From the NCBI GenBank assembly GCA_965204375.1, contig OZ241986.1, positions 4,928,001-4,992,000 on the forward strand: a stretch of 64,000 bases of DNA, read 5' to 3'. Of this stretch, positions 46,844 to 59,109 are shown one piece after another (within the stretch, counting starts at the first letter, position 1; each line of letters opens with the position of its first letter). The DNA comes from Candidatus Latescibacterota bacterium (GTDB taxonomy: Bacteria > Latescibacterota > UBA2968). The notes below the pieces were generated by a model. It saw nothing but the letters and a program-made list of their open reading frames with translations, was not told the DNA's origin and did not search any database. The translations under genes were made by a program, and so were the position numbers.

Positions 46844-48085
46844 ATGCCCTACGACCTCCTCTTAAAAAACGCCACCGTTATTGATCCCTCTCAAAATCTC
46901 AACGCCATCCGCGATGTCGCCATCCAAAACGCCACCATTGTCGCCCTCTCTGAATCCATCACCGATTCCGCCAAAGAAACCCTGGACCTTACTGGCAAAA
47001 TCCTCACCCCCGGCTGGATCGATATCCATGCCCACGTCTTTGCCGGTGCGACCACCTGGGGCATTCAAGCGGATGCCCTCTGTCTCGCCACCGGCGTCAC
47101 CACCATCGTTGATGCCGGCAGCCCCGGCTGGGCCAATTTCCTCGCCTTCCGCGACTTCATCGCCACCCCCGCCCGCACCCAGATTCTCACCTTTGTCCAT
47201 ATCAGCGGCATCGGTCTTACCTACGGTCCCATCGGAGAAATGACCGACATTAAATATGCCGATCCCGAACGCACCGCCTACGTCGTCCACACCTATCCCG
47301 AAACCTGCGTAGGCATCAAAGTACGCATCAGCAAAACCATCACTGGAGAAAACGGTGTCGTCCCCTTACAGTTGGCCGTTCGGGCCGCTGACATGGCCCA
47401 CACACCCGTCATGGTCCACATGGGTGCTGGCGTCGCCCTCTCCGACATCTTGGCCGAACTGCGCCCAGGCGACATCGTTACCCACTGTTATCGCGGAGAT
47501 GGAGACGCCACCATTGGCGACACCATTTTAAACCGCCAGCACATCATCCGCCCCGAAGTCCACCATGCCCGCCAGCAGGGAATTCTCTTCGACGTCGGTC
47601 ACGGCGGCGGCAGTTTCCTTTTTGAAACCGCCAAAAAAGCCCTCGCCCAGGACTTTCTCCCCGACGTCATCAGCACCGACATCCACTCCGGTTCAATCAA
47701 CGATCCCGTCTATAGCCTCCCAGAAACCGCCTCCAAACTGCTCAATCTGGGTATCGAACTCCCCGACATCGTCCGTCAAACTACCACCGCAGCTGCAGCC
47801 GCCATTGGCAGAAGCGACCATCTGGGGACCCTCAAAACCGGCACCGTCGCAGACCTATCGGCCTTTGAAATTCGCGAAGGCGAATTCCGATTTCACGACG
47901 TCAGAGACAATTTGGAAATCGGCCGCAAAAACATCCATCCCGTACTCACCATCCGGGCTGGCAAAGTCTATCGCCCCGAAACCCTTCGGGAAGAACGCGA
48001 CGAAACCCTCGCCCGTGCCCGTGAAATTCGCGCGCTTACCTCCCGACGGTTCGGCGATCTGGGATGGACACCACCCGGCGCATAA
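46844..48085 (+). CDS. Amidohydrolase/dihydroorotase-like metallohydrolase
   Basis: PGWIDIHAH, VGIKVR, VMVH, DIVTH, DVGHGGGSF, ISTDIH. Confidence 0.85.
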   Translation: MPYDLLLKNATVIDPSQNLNAIRDVAIQNATIVALSESITDSAKETLDLTGKILTPGWIDIHAHVFAGATTWGIQADALCLATGVTTIVDAGSPGWANFLAFRDFIATPARTQILTFVHISGIGLTYGPIGEMTDIKYADPERTAYVVHTYPETCVGIKVRISKTITGENGVVPLQLAVRAADMAHTPVMVHMGAGVALSDILAELRPGDIVTHCYRGDGDATIGDTILNRQHIIRPEVHHARQQGILFDVGHGGGSFLFETAKKALAQDFLPDVISTDIHSGSINDPVYSLPETASKLLNLGIELPDIVRQTTTAAAAAIGRSDHLGTLKTGTVADLSAFEIREGEFRFHDVRDNLEIGRKNIHPVLTIRAGKVYRPETLREERDETLARAREIRALTSRRFGDLGWTPPGA

Positions 48086-48141
48086 AAAAAGGCGATCACA
48101 CAACTGTGACCGCCTCTTCCTTTTTTTTCCCGATACACCAA

Positions 48142-50487
48142 TTAGCGCTCCCTTCTCTCACCCTGCCTCCCGCGCCTACCCTGCCGCACATCATCACCCT
48201 GATTCCCCCGTTGTCTCTCAGCTACCTGCGGCGGTTCCAACCTGAAAATCGCCTCGCGTTTCACGGATTGACCACTCGCCAAATCCGTCACTTCAACCTC
48301 GACCTGATTGAGGCCCAGGATCATCTTTTTTGAATCCAACTCCAGATGGATCGGCTCCCACACATCTCGCCCCACATGCTCATAACTCACCGCCACCTGT
48401 GGTTTTCTACCCCTCGCCATCAATCTTTTGAATCCCCCACTCAACAGTCCAAAAATCGAAGCCCCCGACCGCACATCCTGCTGAATCGTATAGGACACCT
48501 TGTATCGCGTCTGCCCAAATTCATCGCGTTGCAAATTATAGACCTCGTAATAGACAAACACACTGCGATCATTCACAAAACTGCGCGACGGCATCGGCAT
48601 CACCCACACATCGCCCTTGAGGTACTTGTCGTGAAACCTCTCCTCATCACCAATGGACCACGCCAGCTCCAGATCGCTCATCGCCAGCGAATCGGAAAAT
48701 ACCGGCGCTTCCAGATCCTGCACATAAACCCCCCACTTACCCGAATGCACATCGGTCAAATGCACCGCCATGCGATAGGTACCAGGTGGCACTTCCAGAT
48801 AAGCCACATCGGGCACAAATGTCCCTCTCTTCAACCGCCTGGAATCAATACCCCCAAAATACAAATCATCCCGCGTCCGAAACACCTCCTCACCCTCATC
48901 GTCTGAAATCACCACCGAACGGCGCACATGCCCATTCTCATTTTCAATACCCACCTCCAGCGTCGGCACCCCGTAATACACCTCGACCCCGGTCTTGCCC
49001 TCTTCTCCTCTAAAACGCGCCACATCGTAATAAAACTCCAGCGGTTCAATCCCCGGCGGCAAATCAAAATACTCCGGCGTTGAAGCCACCACATCGTTCA
49101 ACACAACGCCCGGATGGGATCGCAAAAGCGCGGACAGCCGTTCGACCGACATGCGCGTACCATCTGGCAGCGGGGGAAACTGCCACTTGCCATTGAGCAA
49201 CTCATCCACAAAAACAAACTCCACACCGCCGCCAACCTGCGTGTAAATCCACGACTCCCACGGCATCGAACGCTCGTTAAACGCGACGGGATAAACAGGT
49301 TCAATTAGATTAATATCCTCGTAATCCTCAACCGGCAGTTCATCATCCACACCGCCAAAAAACGACTCCGCAGTCATTTCACCCGACTCTACAAAACCAC
49401 CCTCAATATCCAGAGCCAATCGCTCCTTCACCGCCTCAGCCTCGGCACTCGGCACCGCATTAGGGGCGTGCGAACGCGACCGATAATCCGGCTCGCCATA
49501 CCGAATATACACCTCGCCACGCCTGTCCCACGGCTGCACAGCTTTTGCAAAATGCGTCCGCGCGAACCACACCCGGCGATAGTGTTCTGCCTCACGCGCA
49601 AGACCACCCGATATCAGCGTCAAATCGCGCTTGCGCCAAAACGTCGTCAAAAACGCTGCGCGTTCATCTTCTGATAGCGATTCATATTCTTGCAACTCCT
49701 CCGGCCTTGCCACCAACTGCAAATCTTTGTAGAGCGCCCGTTCTTCTGCCGGAATCGCATCGAAATACTGCGCGAACAACGCCAACGCCCGATCCGGATC
49801 GCCCAGACCCGCATAAGCTTGTGCAACCAGCGCCAACAGCCGCGCTTCTCCTGGATTCTTCGCCAACGCTGTCTCGCCAATCTCAACGACAGACCGATAC
49901 TTGTGCTCCTCCGTATAAGACACCGCCAATCCATAAAGCGCCTCGAGATCATCCGGCCTCAGCCTCAAATACTTTTCGTACAACAGGCGGTGTTCACCGT
50001 AATACATCTCGTAATTGTTATTCACATACCAATCCGCCAACTCCAGATACACCGGCGCGTAATCCGGTGCCATTTCAATCACGCGGCGAAACGCATCCTC
50101 AGCATCCAGGTCGCGCAGCATTACCTTTGCCCGCGCCAGATACAACTCGGCATCTATCGACTTCGGGTCCTTTGCCCGCGCCATCCGAAAATACGGCAAC
50201 CCCTGACGCGCCCGCGTTGGTCCCCGCGCCATATACACCCGTCCCAACCCCACATAAGCCTCCGCCGACTCGGCATACCGAATGCCCTTGCGAAACGCAT
50301 TATCTGCCTTATCAATCTCCCCCGCATTGAGATACAAATTGCCCAACCTGACCCATGCATCGCCATCTTTGGGCGAAGCTTTCACAGCTTCCTCCAAAAC
50401 AGACAGCGAATCCACCACCTCTGAAGTCGCCCGCCCGGGTAATATCAGAAGCAAAATAATCCACAAATTCAGTATCAAATATCTCAC
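48142..50487 (-). CDS. Secreted TPR plus GWxTD-like domain protein (paralog of 21860-24340)
   Basis: Signal peptide, TPRs, PWDRRGEVYIRYGEPDYRSRS, YYEVYNLQRDEFGQTRYK. Confidence 0.8.
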   Translation of the reverse strand: MRYLILNLWIILLLILPGRATSEVVDSLSVLEEAVKASPKDGDAWVRLGNLYLNAGEIDKADNAFRKGIRYAESAEAYVGLGRVYMARGPTRARQGLPYFRMARAKDPKSIDAELYLARAKVMLRDLDAEDAFRRVIEMAPDYAPVYLELADWYVNNNYEMYYGEHRLLYEKYLRLRPDDLEALYGLAVSYTEEHKYRSVVEIGETALAKNPGEARLLALVAQAYAGLGDPDRALALFAQYFDAIPAEERALYKDLQLVARPEELQEYESLSEDERAAFLTTFWRKRDLTLISGGLAREAEHYRRVWFARTHFAKAVQPWDRRGEVYIRYGEPDYRSRSHAPNAVPSAEAEAVKERLALDIEGGFVESGEMTAESFFGGVDDELPVEDYEDINLIEPVYPVAFNERSMPWESWIYTQVGGGVEFVFVDELLNGKWQFPPLPDGTRMSVERLSALLRSHPGVVLNDVVASTPEYFDLPPGIEPLEFYYDVARFRGEEGKTGVEVYYGVPTLEVGIENENGHVRRSVVISDDEGEEVFRTRDDLYFGGIDSRRLKRGTFVPDVAYLEVPPGTYRMAVHLTDVHSGKWGVYVQDLEAPVFSDSLAMSDLELAWSIGDEERFHDKYLKGDVWVMPMPSRSFVNDRSVFVYYEVYNLQRDEFGQTRYKVSYTIQQDVRSGASIFGLLSGGFKRLMARGRKPQVAVSYEHVGRDVWEPIHLELDSKKMILGLNQVEVEVTDLASGQSVKREAIFRLEPPQVAERQRGNQGDDVRQGRRGRQGERRER

Positions 50488-50780
50488 GTCAACTCCGTTG
50501 TAAAAATTTTCGAGAATCTTCCCACCGCTCTCATAAATACCCTATTCTCCCCATTTGCACAAGTGCAAATCTTTTATTGAACTTTATGACGGATTGGGAG
50601 ACATACGGGTTCCCGCCTGCACAATAAAATCCTCATACGATTTATTTTTTATAACACAACGCCTTTTGCTTGACAATTAAAAACGCTTATAATAAATTTA
50701 TTTGCAAACAAGAAAACTATTGCATTTTTGAACAACACATCTGTTCTTTTTTGGATTACGATGGATTTGTTTCCAATGCC

Positions 50781-50875
50781 TGCAGATGCTTATAGCACCT
50801 GCAAAATAGCAACTGCACTGTCTGTCCTCCCCCTTGTTTATTAAGGCCATTTGACAGTTGTGGTTGCTTTTTTTA
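50781..50875 (+). promoter_or_regulatory. Structured nqr leader ending in a T-tract
   Basis: About 15-bp stem AGCAACTGCACTGTC/GACAGTTGTGGTTGCT plus T-tract; loop GTCCTC is complementary to the nqrA RBS GAGGAC. Confidence 0.45.
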
Positions 50876-50896
50876 TTGCAAAATCACGAGGACCTC

Positions 50897-52249
50897 ATGG
50901 CATTGACAAAAATTAAACAAGGGCTCGACCTTCCCATTAGCGGCGTACCCGATCAATCCACAGTACAAAATGGCAAGCCCGTCCAGACCGTGGCACTCTC
51001 AGGTGAAGATTACGTGGGCATGCGTCCCACAATAGTGGCTCAAGTGGGAGACCGCGTCAAACTCGGCGATGTATTGTTCACCGACAAAAAAATGGAAGGT
51101 GTTCTCTACACCTCACCCGGTGCAGGCGAGGTAATCTCCATAAATCGGGGAATAAAACGCGCCTTCTTATCGACGGTCATCCGCCTGGAAGGCGACGATG
51201 AAATCACCTTTGAATCCCATCGAGAAGATGAAATCGACAACCTGAGCCGGGAAACCGTCAAAGAACAACTCATCTCATCGGGACAGTGGACCGCCCTGAG
51301 AGCGCGGCCATTTGGCAAAGTAGCCGACCCCGCGACCGAGGCGAATTCCATCTTTGTCAACGCTATGGACACCAATCCTCTCTCCCCGGACATGGCGCGT
51401 GTATTAGCCGGACAGGAAAACAATTTCGCATTGGGCCTCAAAATCGTCTCAAAACTCCTGGATGGGACAATTTTTCTCTGCAGAGACCCGGAATTGGACC
51501 TGCCTGAAATCGACGATGACCGCATCCAGGTCGAAGAATTTACCGGTCCCCACCCCGCTGGATTGGTCGGTACACACATCCACTTCTTAGACCCTGTTCA
51601 CCGCAACAAAACAGTCTGGCACATCGGCCTTCAGGATGTCATAGCCTGGGGGCATCTGTTTACAACCGGGCGGATTATGACCGAACGCATCGTCGCTCTG
51701 AGCGGCCCCACCGTGAAACACCCCAAACTGATCCGCACGCGGATGGGTGCTTCAATAATGGACCTGGTAGAAGGCGAACTCGAAGACGTCGAAAACCGAA
51801 TCATCAGCGGCTCTGTTCTCTCCGGGCGCAAAGCAGACGATGTCCGCGCCTTTTTGGGGCGGTATCACCAGCAAATTACCGCACTTGAAGAAGGCAACAA
51901 ACGCGCCTTTTTGGGCTGGATCACGCCGGGATTCGAATTTTTCACCATCAAGAATCTGGCACTGTCCAAAATGTTCTTCGGCCAACGCCTCAAATTAAAC
52001 ACCTCCACCAATGGCAGCCATCGCGCACTCGTGCCGCATGGCAATTACGACGACGTCATGCCGCTGGACATCTTGCCCAACTTTTTGATTCGGGCACTCG
52101 TGACCCGCGACCTCGACGACGCCGAAAAACTCGGCATTCTGGAATTGGAGGAAGAAGACCTATCACTATGCACATTTTCGTGTTCGTCAAAAATGGATTT
52201 TGGGCCTATTTTGCGCGAAAACCTCACCGAAATTGAAAAGGAAGGATAG
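50897..52249 (+). CDS. nqrA: Na+-translocating NADH:quinone reductase subunit A
   Basis: [30 protein letters not shown]. Confidence 0.95.
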   Translation: MALTKIKQGLDLPISGVPDQSTVQNGKPVQTVALSGEDYVGMRPTIVAQVGDRVKLGDVLFTDKKMEGVLYTSPGAGEVISINRGIKRAFLSTVIRLEGDDEITFESHREDEIDNLSRETVKEQLISSGQWTALRARPFGKVADPATEANSIFVNAMDTNPLSPDMARVLAGQENNFALGLKIVSKLLDGTIFLCRDPELDLPEIDDDRIQVEEFTGPHPAGLVGTHIHFLDPVHRNKTVWHIGLQDVIAWGHLFTTGRIMTERIVALSGPTVKHPKLIRTRMGASIMDLVEGELEDVENRIISGSVLSGRKADDVRAFLGRYHQQITALEEGNKRAFLGWITPGFEFFTIKNLALSKMFFGQRLKLNTSTNGSHRALVPHGNYDDVMPLDILPNFLIRALVTRDLDDAEKLGILELEEEDLSLCTFSCSSKMDFGPILRENLTEIEKEG

Positions 52250-52258
52250 TACAGGAAA

Positions 52259-53458
52259 GTGAAGCCCCTACGCGATTTATTGGACAAACAGGCAGAGCAC
52301 TTTGAAGAAGGCGGCAAGCTCGAAAAACTGTATCCATTTTACGAAGCCGGAGATACATTTTTATATACCCCCGGCGAGGTTACCCAGGCCGATGCCCATG
52401 TGCGCGACGGCATGGATTTGAAGCGCATGATGATCACGGTCGTCCTTTCGCTACAACCCTGTATTTTATTTGCCCTGTACAATACGGGCCTGCAAGCGAG
52501 CCTGGCCTATCAAAATATCGGCGCAATCGGCACTGGCGATTGGCACATCTGGCTCGCCCAGGCAATGGGCTTGTCTTTTCTGCCCTCCGATATACTCAGT
52601 TGTTTTGCGATTGGCGCCATTTATTTTGTACCCGTACAACTCGTAACCGTAGCCGCGGGTGGCTTATGCGAAGCCATCTTTGCAGTCATTCGCAAACACG
52701 AGATCAACGAGGGATTTCTCGTCACCAGCACGCTATTTCCCCTGACAATGCCGCCCTTGATTCCCCTGTGGCAGGTCGCTATAGGCATCATCTTTGGCGT
52801 TGTAATAGGCAAAGAAATATTCGGCGGCGTGGGAATGAACTTCTTAAACCCCGCGCTCACGGGCCGCGCATTTCTCTATTTTGCTTATCCCGCGCAAATC
52901 TCGGGCGATGCAGTCTGGATCGCCGTTGATGGATACAGCCAGGCAACACCACTGGCGGCCTATGCCGATACCCATATCCAGTTGGATTACACATGGTGGG
53001 AGTCCTTTATCGGTCTGATCCCGGGGTCCATGGGAGAAACCTCAACCCTTTGCTGTTTATTGGGTGCAGGCATCTTGATATTAACCCGCGTTGGCTCGTG
53101 GCAAATCATGGCCGGTGTAACCATCGGCATGATTGTATCCGCACTATTTTTCAACTGGATCGGCAGCACCACCAATCCGCTACTCAACGTATCTCCAGCC
53201 TGGCATTTTGTCATCGGCGGCTTTGCATTTGGTACCGTATTTATGGCAACCGATCCCGTCAGCGCAACCATGACGCGCCAGGGCAAATGGGTCTATGGCA
53301 TTTTAATAGGCGTGATGACCGTATTGATCCGCGTGACCAACCCGGCCTATCCCGAAGGCATCATGCTGGCCATATTATTCGCCAACGTATTCGCGCCCAT
53401 TATTGACCGCGTCTTTATCAACCGCAATATCCAAAGGAGACTGGCCCGTGCAGAATGA
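52259..53458 (+). CDS. nqrB: NQR subunit B
   Basis: [21 protein letters not shown] flavinylation site, FMATDPVS. Confidence 0.95.
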   Translation: MKPLRDLLDKQAEHFEEGGKLEKLYPFYEAGDTFLYTPGEVTQADAHVRDGMDLKRMMITVVLSLQPCILFALYNTGLQASLAYQNIGAIGTGDWHIWLAQAMGLSFLPSDILSCFAIGAIYFVPVQLVTVAAGGLCEAIFAVIRKHEINEGFLVTSTLFPLTMPPLIPLWQVAIGIIFGVVIGKEIFGGVGMNFLNPALTGRAFLYFAYPAQISGDAVWIAVDGYSQATPLAAYADTHIQLDYTWWESFIGLIPGSMGETSTLCCLLGAGILILTRVGSWQIMAGVTIGMIVSALFFNWIGSTTNPLLNVSPAWHFVIGGFAFGTVFMATDPVSATMTRQGKWVYGILIGVMTVLIRVTNPAYPEGIMLAILFANVFAPIIDRVFINRNIQRRLARAE

Positions 53459-54245
53459 CAGCATCCAAAAAACGATCTTTGTTGCGGTGGCCCTTTGTCT
53501 GGTCTGTTCTCTTTTTGTTTCTCTGACTGCTGTGTCCTTGCACGATATCCAGAAAGAAAACAAACGCCTCGACAAGGTAAAAAATATTTTGATTGCGGGT
53601 GGTTTATACGATCCCTCGGTCGATGTGCAGTCCGTTTACGAAAAAAAGGTCGTACCACTGCTTATTGAACTGGACACGGGGCAGATCTTGAACAACGAAG
53701 AATATCCCGATGGCATCGACGCAGATACGTATGACTTAAAGAAAATGGCCGCCGATCCCACTTTTGGGCGTTCTGTTGATGCGGGCAAAGACATTGCAAA
53801 TATTCGCAACCGTCCGAGATACATCTTCGTCTATAAAGTGATGGAAAACGACAAATTGCAGCGCATTATCTTGCCCATCTACGGCTATGGCCTCTGGTCC
53901 ACGCTCTACGGTTTTGTATCTCTGGGCAATGACTTGCAAAGCATTCAGGGCATCACATTTTACGAACATGGCGAAACCCCGGGATTGGGTGGCGAGGTGG
54001 ATAACGCCAGATGGAAGGGATTATGGCCCGGCAAACAGGCTTTTGACGATGTGGGCAATGTGGCGATTTCTGTAATCAAAGGCCAGGTAAATCCCAAAAG
54101 TGCAAAAGCAAAATACCAGGTCGATGGCCTCTCGGGTGCGACCATCACCACGCGGGGATTAGACAGTATGCTAAAATATTGGTTGGGCAACGAAGGATAC
54201 GGTCGATTTTTAAATACGCTAAAACAAGGGGGTGTTCGTGGCTGA
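53448..54245 (+). CDS. nqrC: NQR subunit C
   Basis: [27 protein letters not shown]. Confidence 0.95.
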   Translation: MQNDSIQKTIFVAVALCLVCSLFVSLTAVSLHDIQKENKRLDKVKNILIAGGLYDPSVDVQSVYEKKVVPLLIELDTGQILNNEEYPDGIDADTYDLKKMAADPTFGRSVDAGKDIANIRNRPRYIFVYKVMENDKLQRIILPIYGYGLWSTLYGFVSLGNDLQSIQGITFYEHGETPGLGGEVDNARWKGLWPGKQAFDDVGNVAISVIKGQVNPKSAKAKYQVDGLSGATITTRGLDSMLKYWLGNEGYGRFLNTLKQGGVRG

Positions 54246-54921
54246 AGTGATCGAAAGGGAAGAACAAGCGCCAGAAGTGCCACCATCTCCGTCTCTGACG
54301 GCGAAAGAAGCCAAAAGCCTGTTATGGACGCCCGTCTTTGATGACAATCCAATCGGGCGTCAGGTATTGGGAGTTTGTTCGGCACTCGCGGTAACCACAA
54401 AGCTGGAAACCTCAATCGTCATGTCTATGGCGGTCATTTTTGTTATGGCGCTTTCCAATATATCGGTAAGCCTGATCAGAAATCACATTCCGTCCAGCGT
54501 GCGCATCATCGTTCAAATGACCATTATTGCCGCGCTTGTGATTATCGCCGACGAAGCGATCCAGGCATTTGCTTACAATATATCCAAGCAATTGTCGATC
54601 TTTGTCGGACTGATCATTACCAACTGCATCATCATGGGACGCGCCGAAGGGTTTGCAATGAAAAATCCCCCCACGCACAGCTTATTAGATGGCCTGGGAA
54701 ATGGATTTGGTTACAGCACCATCTTGATTGTGGTGGGCTTTTTCCGCGAACTTTTGGGATCGGGTAAACTTCTGGGCGTTGACGTTTTGCCACTCGTCAC
54801 CGAGGGCGGCTGGTACATGCCCAACGGCTTGATGTTGCTATCGCCGAGTGCGTTTTTCTTAATCGGGTTCTTCATCTGGGTTGTGCGAGCGTGGAAACCC
54901 GAGCAAGTGGAAGAGGATTAA
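54238..54921 (+). CDS. nqrD: NQR subunit D
   Basis: [26 protein letters not shown]. Confidence 0.95.
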   Translation: MAEVIEREEQAPEVPPSPSLTAKEAKSLLWTPVFDDNPIGRQVLGVCSALAVTTKLETSIVMSMAVIFVMALSNISVSLIRNHIPSSVRIIVQMTIIAALVIIADEAIQAFAYNISKQLSIFVGLIITNCIIMGRAEGFAMKNPPTHSLLDGLGNGFGYSTILIVVGFFRELLGSGKLLGVDVLPLVTEGGWYMPNGLMLLSPSAFFLIGFFIWVVRAWKPEQVEED

Positions 54922-54922
54922 A

Positions 54923-55534
54923 ATGGCCGAACACTATATCAGCTTATTTGTCAAAGCTGTTTTTGTCGAAAATATGGCCCTCGCTTTCTTCCTGGGCATG
55001 TGTACATATCTCGCTGTCTCCAAACAGGTGACAACCGCTGTCGGCCTGGGCATTGCGGTGATTGTGGTGCAGACGATTACCGTGCCGATCAACAATTTAA
55101 TTTTTACCCATGTCCTGACCGAAGGTGCGCTCGCCTGGGCGGGTTTGCCAAATGTGGATCTCACATTTTTGGGCCTGGTCACATATATCGGCGTCATCGC
55201 CGCGATGATTCAAATACTGGAAATGGTACTGGACAAATACGTACCCACCCTGTACAACGCCCTGGGCATATTCTTACCCCTGATCACAGTGAACTGCGCC
55301 ATCTTGGGCGGTTCACTCCTGATGGTTGAGCGCGACTTTAACTTTCCCGAAAGTGTCGTCTTTGGACTGGGCAGTGGCACGGGTTGGGCACTCGCCATTG
55401 TCGGGTTGGCGGGCATACGCGAAAAAATGAAATACAGCAATGTACCCCCTGCATTGCGTGGGCTGGGCATTACATTTATGACCGTGGGATTGATGGCAAT
55501 GGCATTTATGCTCTTTTCGGGGATTCAACTTTAG
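54923..55534 (+). CDS. nqrE: NQR subunit E
   Basis: [22 protein letters not shown]. Confidence 0.95.
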   Translation: MAEHYISLFVKAVFVENMALAFFLGMCTYLAVSKQVTTAVGLGIAVIVVQTITVPINNLIFTHVLTEGALAWAGLPNVDLTFLGLVTYIGVIAAMIQILEMVLDKYVPTLYNALGIFLPLITVNCAILGGSLLMVERDFNFPESVVFGLGSGTGWALAIVGLAGIREKMKYSNVPPALRGLGITFMTVGLMAMAFMLFSGIQL

Positions 55535-55557
55535 ATCCAGGCAAGCGTGGAGATAAT

Positions 55558-56808
55558 ATGGAAGACGTAAGGCTGATTTTACTCGGTGTAGGAATGTTCA
55601 CGACCATTGTACTGATGCTGGTAGCGGTTATACTCATTGCCAGGTCGCGACTGGTTGCCTCAGGACAGGCACACATCACCATCAATGACGACCCAGACCA
55701 CAGCATTTCGGTTCCCATGGGCGGCAAATTGCTCAACACATTGGCCGATAATAGAATTTTTGTATCTTCCGCCTGTGGCGGCGGCGGCACCTGTGGACAG
55801 TGCAAAGTGACGGTCAACGATGGCGGCGGCGATATCTTATCTACCGAACTATCGCACATCAACCGCAAAGAAGCGCGGGAAGGGTGTCGGCTTTCGTGCC
55901 AGGTCACAGTGAAGGGCGATATGGATATCGAAGTGCCTGCCGAAGTATTTAGCATCAAAAAGTGGGACTGCAAAGTAATTTCAAATTACAATGTCGCCAC
56001 ATTCATCAAAGAACTCGTTCTCGAACTGCCGCCAGGGGAAGACGTCGGGTTCCGAGCCGGTGGTTTTATTCAAATCGAATGCCCGCCCCACACCGTTGAT
56101 TACCGCAACTTCGATATCAAAGCCGCCGACGGCGAAGACCTCTTTAGAAGCACCTGGGATCATTTCAATGTATGGGACAATGTCTCGGTAGTTGATGAAC
56201 CCGTCTTCCGCGCGTACTCAATGGCGAATTATCCCGAAGAAAAAGGGATTATTATGCTCAACATCCGCGTGGCATCTCCGCCGCCGGGAACAACGGGCAT
56301 TCCGCCGGGCAAAATGTCGTCGTGGACTTTTGATCTAAAACCCGGCGATGACGTGACCATTTCGGGACCCTACGGCGAGTTCTTTGCCAAAGAAACCGAT
56401 GCCGAAATGATCTTCATCGGTGGCGGCGCGGGCATGGCGCCCATGCGGTCGCACATCTTCGATCAATTCAAACGCATTGAGACAGACCGCAAAGTAACCT
56501 TCTGGTACGGCGCGCGCAGCCTGAATGAAATGTTTTACGTCGAAGACTTCGACGGATTGCAGCGCGATTATGATAATTTTACGTGGCATGTCGCACTATC
56601 CGACCCCATGCCGGAAGATAATTGGACGGGCTTGACCGGATTTATTCACCAGGTACTCTACGATGAATACTTAAAAGATCATCCGGCACCCGAAGACTGT
56701 GAATATTATATCTGCGGTCCCCCGCTGATGTTGGTGGCATGCCTGGATATGCTGGACGATATGGGTGTGGAACCCGAGAATATCTTATTCGACGACTTTG
56801 GCGGGTAA
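55558..56808 (+). CDS. nqrF: NQR subunit F
   Basis: [39 protein letters not shown]. Confidence 0.96.
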   Translation: MEDVRLILLGVGMFTTIVLMLVAVILIARSRLVASGQAHITINDDPDHSISVPMGGKLLNTLADNRIFVSSACGGGGTCGQCKVTVNDGGGDILSTELSHINRKEAREGCRLSCQVTVKGDMDIEVPAEVFSIKKWDCKVISNYNVATFIKELVLELPPGEDVGFRAGGFIQIECPPHTVDYRNFDIKAADGEDLFRSTWDHFNVWDNVSVVDEPVFRAYSMANYPEEKGIIMLNIRVASPPPGTTGIPPGKMSSWTFDLKPGDDVTISGPYGEFFAKETDAEMIFIGGGAGMAPMRSHIFDQFKRIETDRKVTFWYGARSLNEMFYVEDFDGLQRDYDNFTWHVALSDPMPEDNWTGLTGFIHQVLYDEYLKDHPAPEDCEYYICGPPLMLVACLDMLDDMGVEPENILFDDFGG

Positions 56809-56828
56809 TTTAAAAATTAAAAGTAATC

Positions 56829-56870
56829 AAAAAAAGTCTTCGGTTCATTCAGCAACCGAAGACTTTTTTG
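56829..56870. terminator. Bidirectional terminator
   Basis: AAAAAAGTCTTCGGTT…AACCGAAGACTTTTTT. Confidence 0.85.
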
Positions 56871-56904
56871 TCGGGTAGTTCTTCAGACACATAAACCTCC
56901 TGTG

Positions 56905-57351
56905 TTACGATGCCCGCCAATCCAGCGTGACAAAATCCTTGTATATCATCACTTCTTCCTCAGCATATTCCAACTTGGCCTTAACAATATCGCCAATCGA
57001 CACAATGCCAGCGAGCCCCGCCTCGTCAACAATCGGCATGTGACGGAATCGCCCCTCTGTCATCGCTGCCATCACATATTCGATATCGGAATCCGGATGG
57101 CTTGTAACAAGATCGCGCGTCATCACATCTTCAACGTGCATAGCCTGCAAATCCGCGCCATTATACACCTCGCGCATCAGATCGCGCTCAGTAATAATAC
57201 CGAGCAAATCCCCTGTTCGATTCTGCACGATAAGCGCACCCACGCTATTTTGAATCAGCGTAGCCAGTACCACATCCAATGTGTGATTAGGGGCAATCGT
57301 AATCACGCGGCGACCTTTTTGGTCGAGAATATCTTGAATGGTCATGATCAT
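56905..57351 (-). CDS. CBS-domain protein
   Basis: GIITERD, VMT, RHMPIVD, GIVSIGDIVK. Confidence 0.9.
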   Translation of the reverse strand: MIMTIQDILDQKGRRVITIAPNHTLDVVLATLIQNSVGALIVQNRTGDLLGIITERDLMREVYNGADLQAMHVEDVMTRDLVTSHPDSDIEYVMAAMTEGRFRHMPIVDEAGLAGIVSIGDIVKAKLEYAEEEVMIYKDFVTLDWRAS

Positions 57352-57862
57352 ACCTCCATGAGTTCAGGTAAAAATTCCACGGGTTCAGGGACAAAAAAGC
57401 GGCCTCGATCAAAAGTGGTTCACAGTATGACTTCCCATCGGAGCCGCATAAATGCGTTGGTGGCATGGCCCTCCTCCTTGTGTGCGCGTTAGTTGTCAAA
57501 ACCAGCCCATCGAACAAATGCACAGGCTGTATGCCGAAAAATCTCCACCAAATATTTTATTGCACCCCAGCTACGAATCGGGTTTGGGCAACACAGTCAA
57601 CCTCCTCATTGAAATGTCGGATTATCCGCCATTTTGGAGAATATAAAGAGATTAAAACGCCGTGTCAAATGAGTTTAATAATACTTGTGTAAATTATTGA
57701 AATTATTTATACTTACAGTGTGATCGGATTTTAAATTGTATTTTGGAGTAAAGCGATGGGAATAGTGTGCGTAATATAATTCCCAATTCCCATTCAGAAT
57801 CGCTAATACCTGAGACAGAGAGACACAGCTTTTAACACGACATTCGGGGCGTATGAAGGAAA

Positions 57863-58867
57863 ATGAACAGAATTTGGCGATGGGTTTTTCCAATCCTGTT
57901 AATCGGATGTCAGGATCAGATGGGAACGATTTCAGGTCCTACGATGGGAACGACATTTCAGGTAAAAATCGTCCAAAATAATATAACGCTCGACATAGAT
58001 GTATTGGAGCGAGAAATCAATACGCGATTGGAAGAAGTCAATCGCCAGATGTCCACTTATCAGGACAACTCCGAAATCACCCAATTCAATCGCTCGCGTT
58101 CAACAGACTGGTTTGCAGTCTCATCGGACTTTGCTTATGTTTTACATGTCGCTCGAGAAATCAGCACCTGGTCCGACGGCGCGTTTGACGTCACCATTGG
58201 GCCGCTGGTCAACCTGTGGGGCTTTGGACCTAACGCCATCCCCGAACGCGTACCTCCGCCCGACTCAATACAAGCTGCAAAAACACTGATCGGCTACAAA
58301 AAAATTCGCGTTGACCTATCTGCCCCCGCAATAAAAAAAGAATCGCCCGAAATCTATTGCGACTTATCCGCAATAGCCAAGGGATTTGGCGTAGATCGCA
58401 TAGCGAGTTATCTGGACAGTTTGGGCATCAATCACTATTTTATCGAGATCGGCGGAGAACTGCGGACAAAGGGACACAATCACTTGGGACAACTCTGGCG
58501 GATAGGCATTGCAAGTCCCGCGGGACAGGGTGAACTACAAAAAGCACTCGCTCTAAATAACCTGTCAATGGCCACCTCGGGCGATTACCACAACTATTTT
58601 GAACGCGACGGTGTGCGGTATTCCCACACGATTGACCCGCGCACAGGACGGTCAATAACGCACACTCTGGCCTCCGTATCAGTACTACACAAAAGTTGCG
58701 CCTATGCCGATGGATTGGCCACGGCGATCAATGTAATGGGACCAGAAACGGGATTTGCATTTGCAGAAAAACACAATCTCGCCGTATTTATGATTGTACG
58801 ACAGGGGGATGGGTTCGTGGAAAAAATGACGTTCGGCTTTGAGAAGATGTTACGAGAGGGGAAGTAA
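57863..58867 (+). CDS. apbE: FAD:protein FMN transferase
   Basis: Lipobox LIGC, MGTT, DLSAIAKG, ATSGDY, HTIDPRTG. Confidence 0.95.
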   Translation: MNRIWRWVFPILLIGCQDQMGTISGPTMGTTFQVKIVQNNITLDIDVLEREINTRLEEVNRQMSTYQDNSEITQFNRSRSTDWFAVSSDFAYVLHVAREISTWSDGAFDVTIGPLVNLWGFGPNAIPERVPPPDSIQAAKTLIGYKKIRVDLSAPAIKKESPEIYCDLSAIAKGFGVDRIASYLDSLGINHYFIEIGGELRTKGHNHLGQLWRIGIASPAGQGELQKALALNNLSMATSGDYHNYFERDGVRYSHTIDPRTGRSITHTLASVSVLHKSCAYADGLATAINVMGPETGFAFAEKHNLAVFMIVRQGDGFVEKMTFGFEKMLREGK

Positions 58868-58881
58868 GAAAGGACCCTACC

Positions 58882-59106
58882 ATGGAAACAATATTAACAG
58901 CGACAATCTTTCTCATCATAGCATTTGCGTTCATGGCGGGCGCGTTGACATTTGCGCAGTACAAGAAAAAGCAGCAAAGTTGTTGTGGCGACGTCTTGGA
59001 AACCCATGAACAGGATTTGGACGAGGACTCGGCGTGCTTTACATGCCCACGTCGCAAAAAAGCGGAAAAAGATCAGAACACCGTCTCCATCGCGGAAAAG
59101 GTGTGA
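58882..59106 (+). CDS. nqrM: NqrM-like maturation protein
   Basis: Single TM followed by SCCG…CFTC, directly after apbE. Confidence 0.6.
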   Translation: METILTATIFLIIAFAFMAGALTFAQYKKKQQSCCGDVLETHEQDLDEDSACFTCPRRKKAEKDQNTVSIAEKV

Positions 59107-59109
59107 TAA

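Noticed and set aside
57287-57610. Two AGGAGG motifs and short ORFs upstream of the CBS gene, one with an in-frame TAG
   Set aside because: Products show no recognisable pattern and one overlaps the CBS gene; no support for recoding
57685-57712. Rex-like operator upstream of apbE
   Set aside because: Too many mismatches to TTGTGAA-N4-TTCACAA in an AT-rich background
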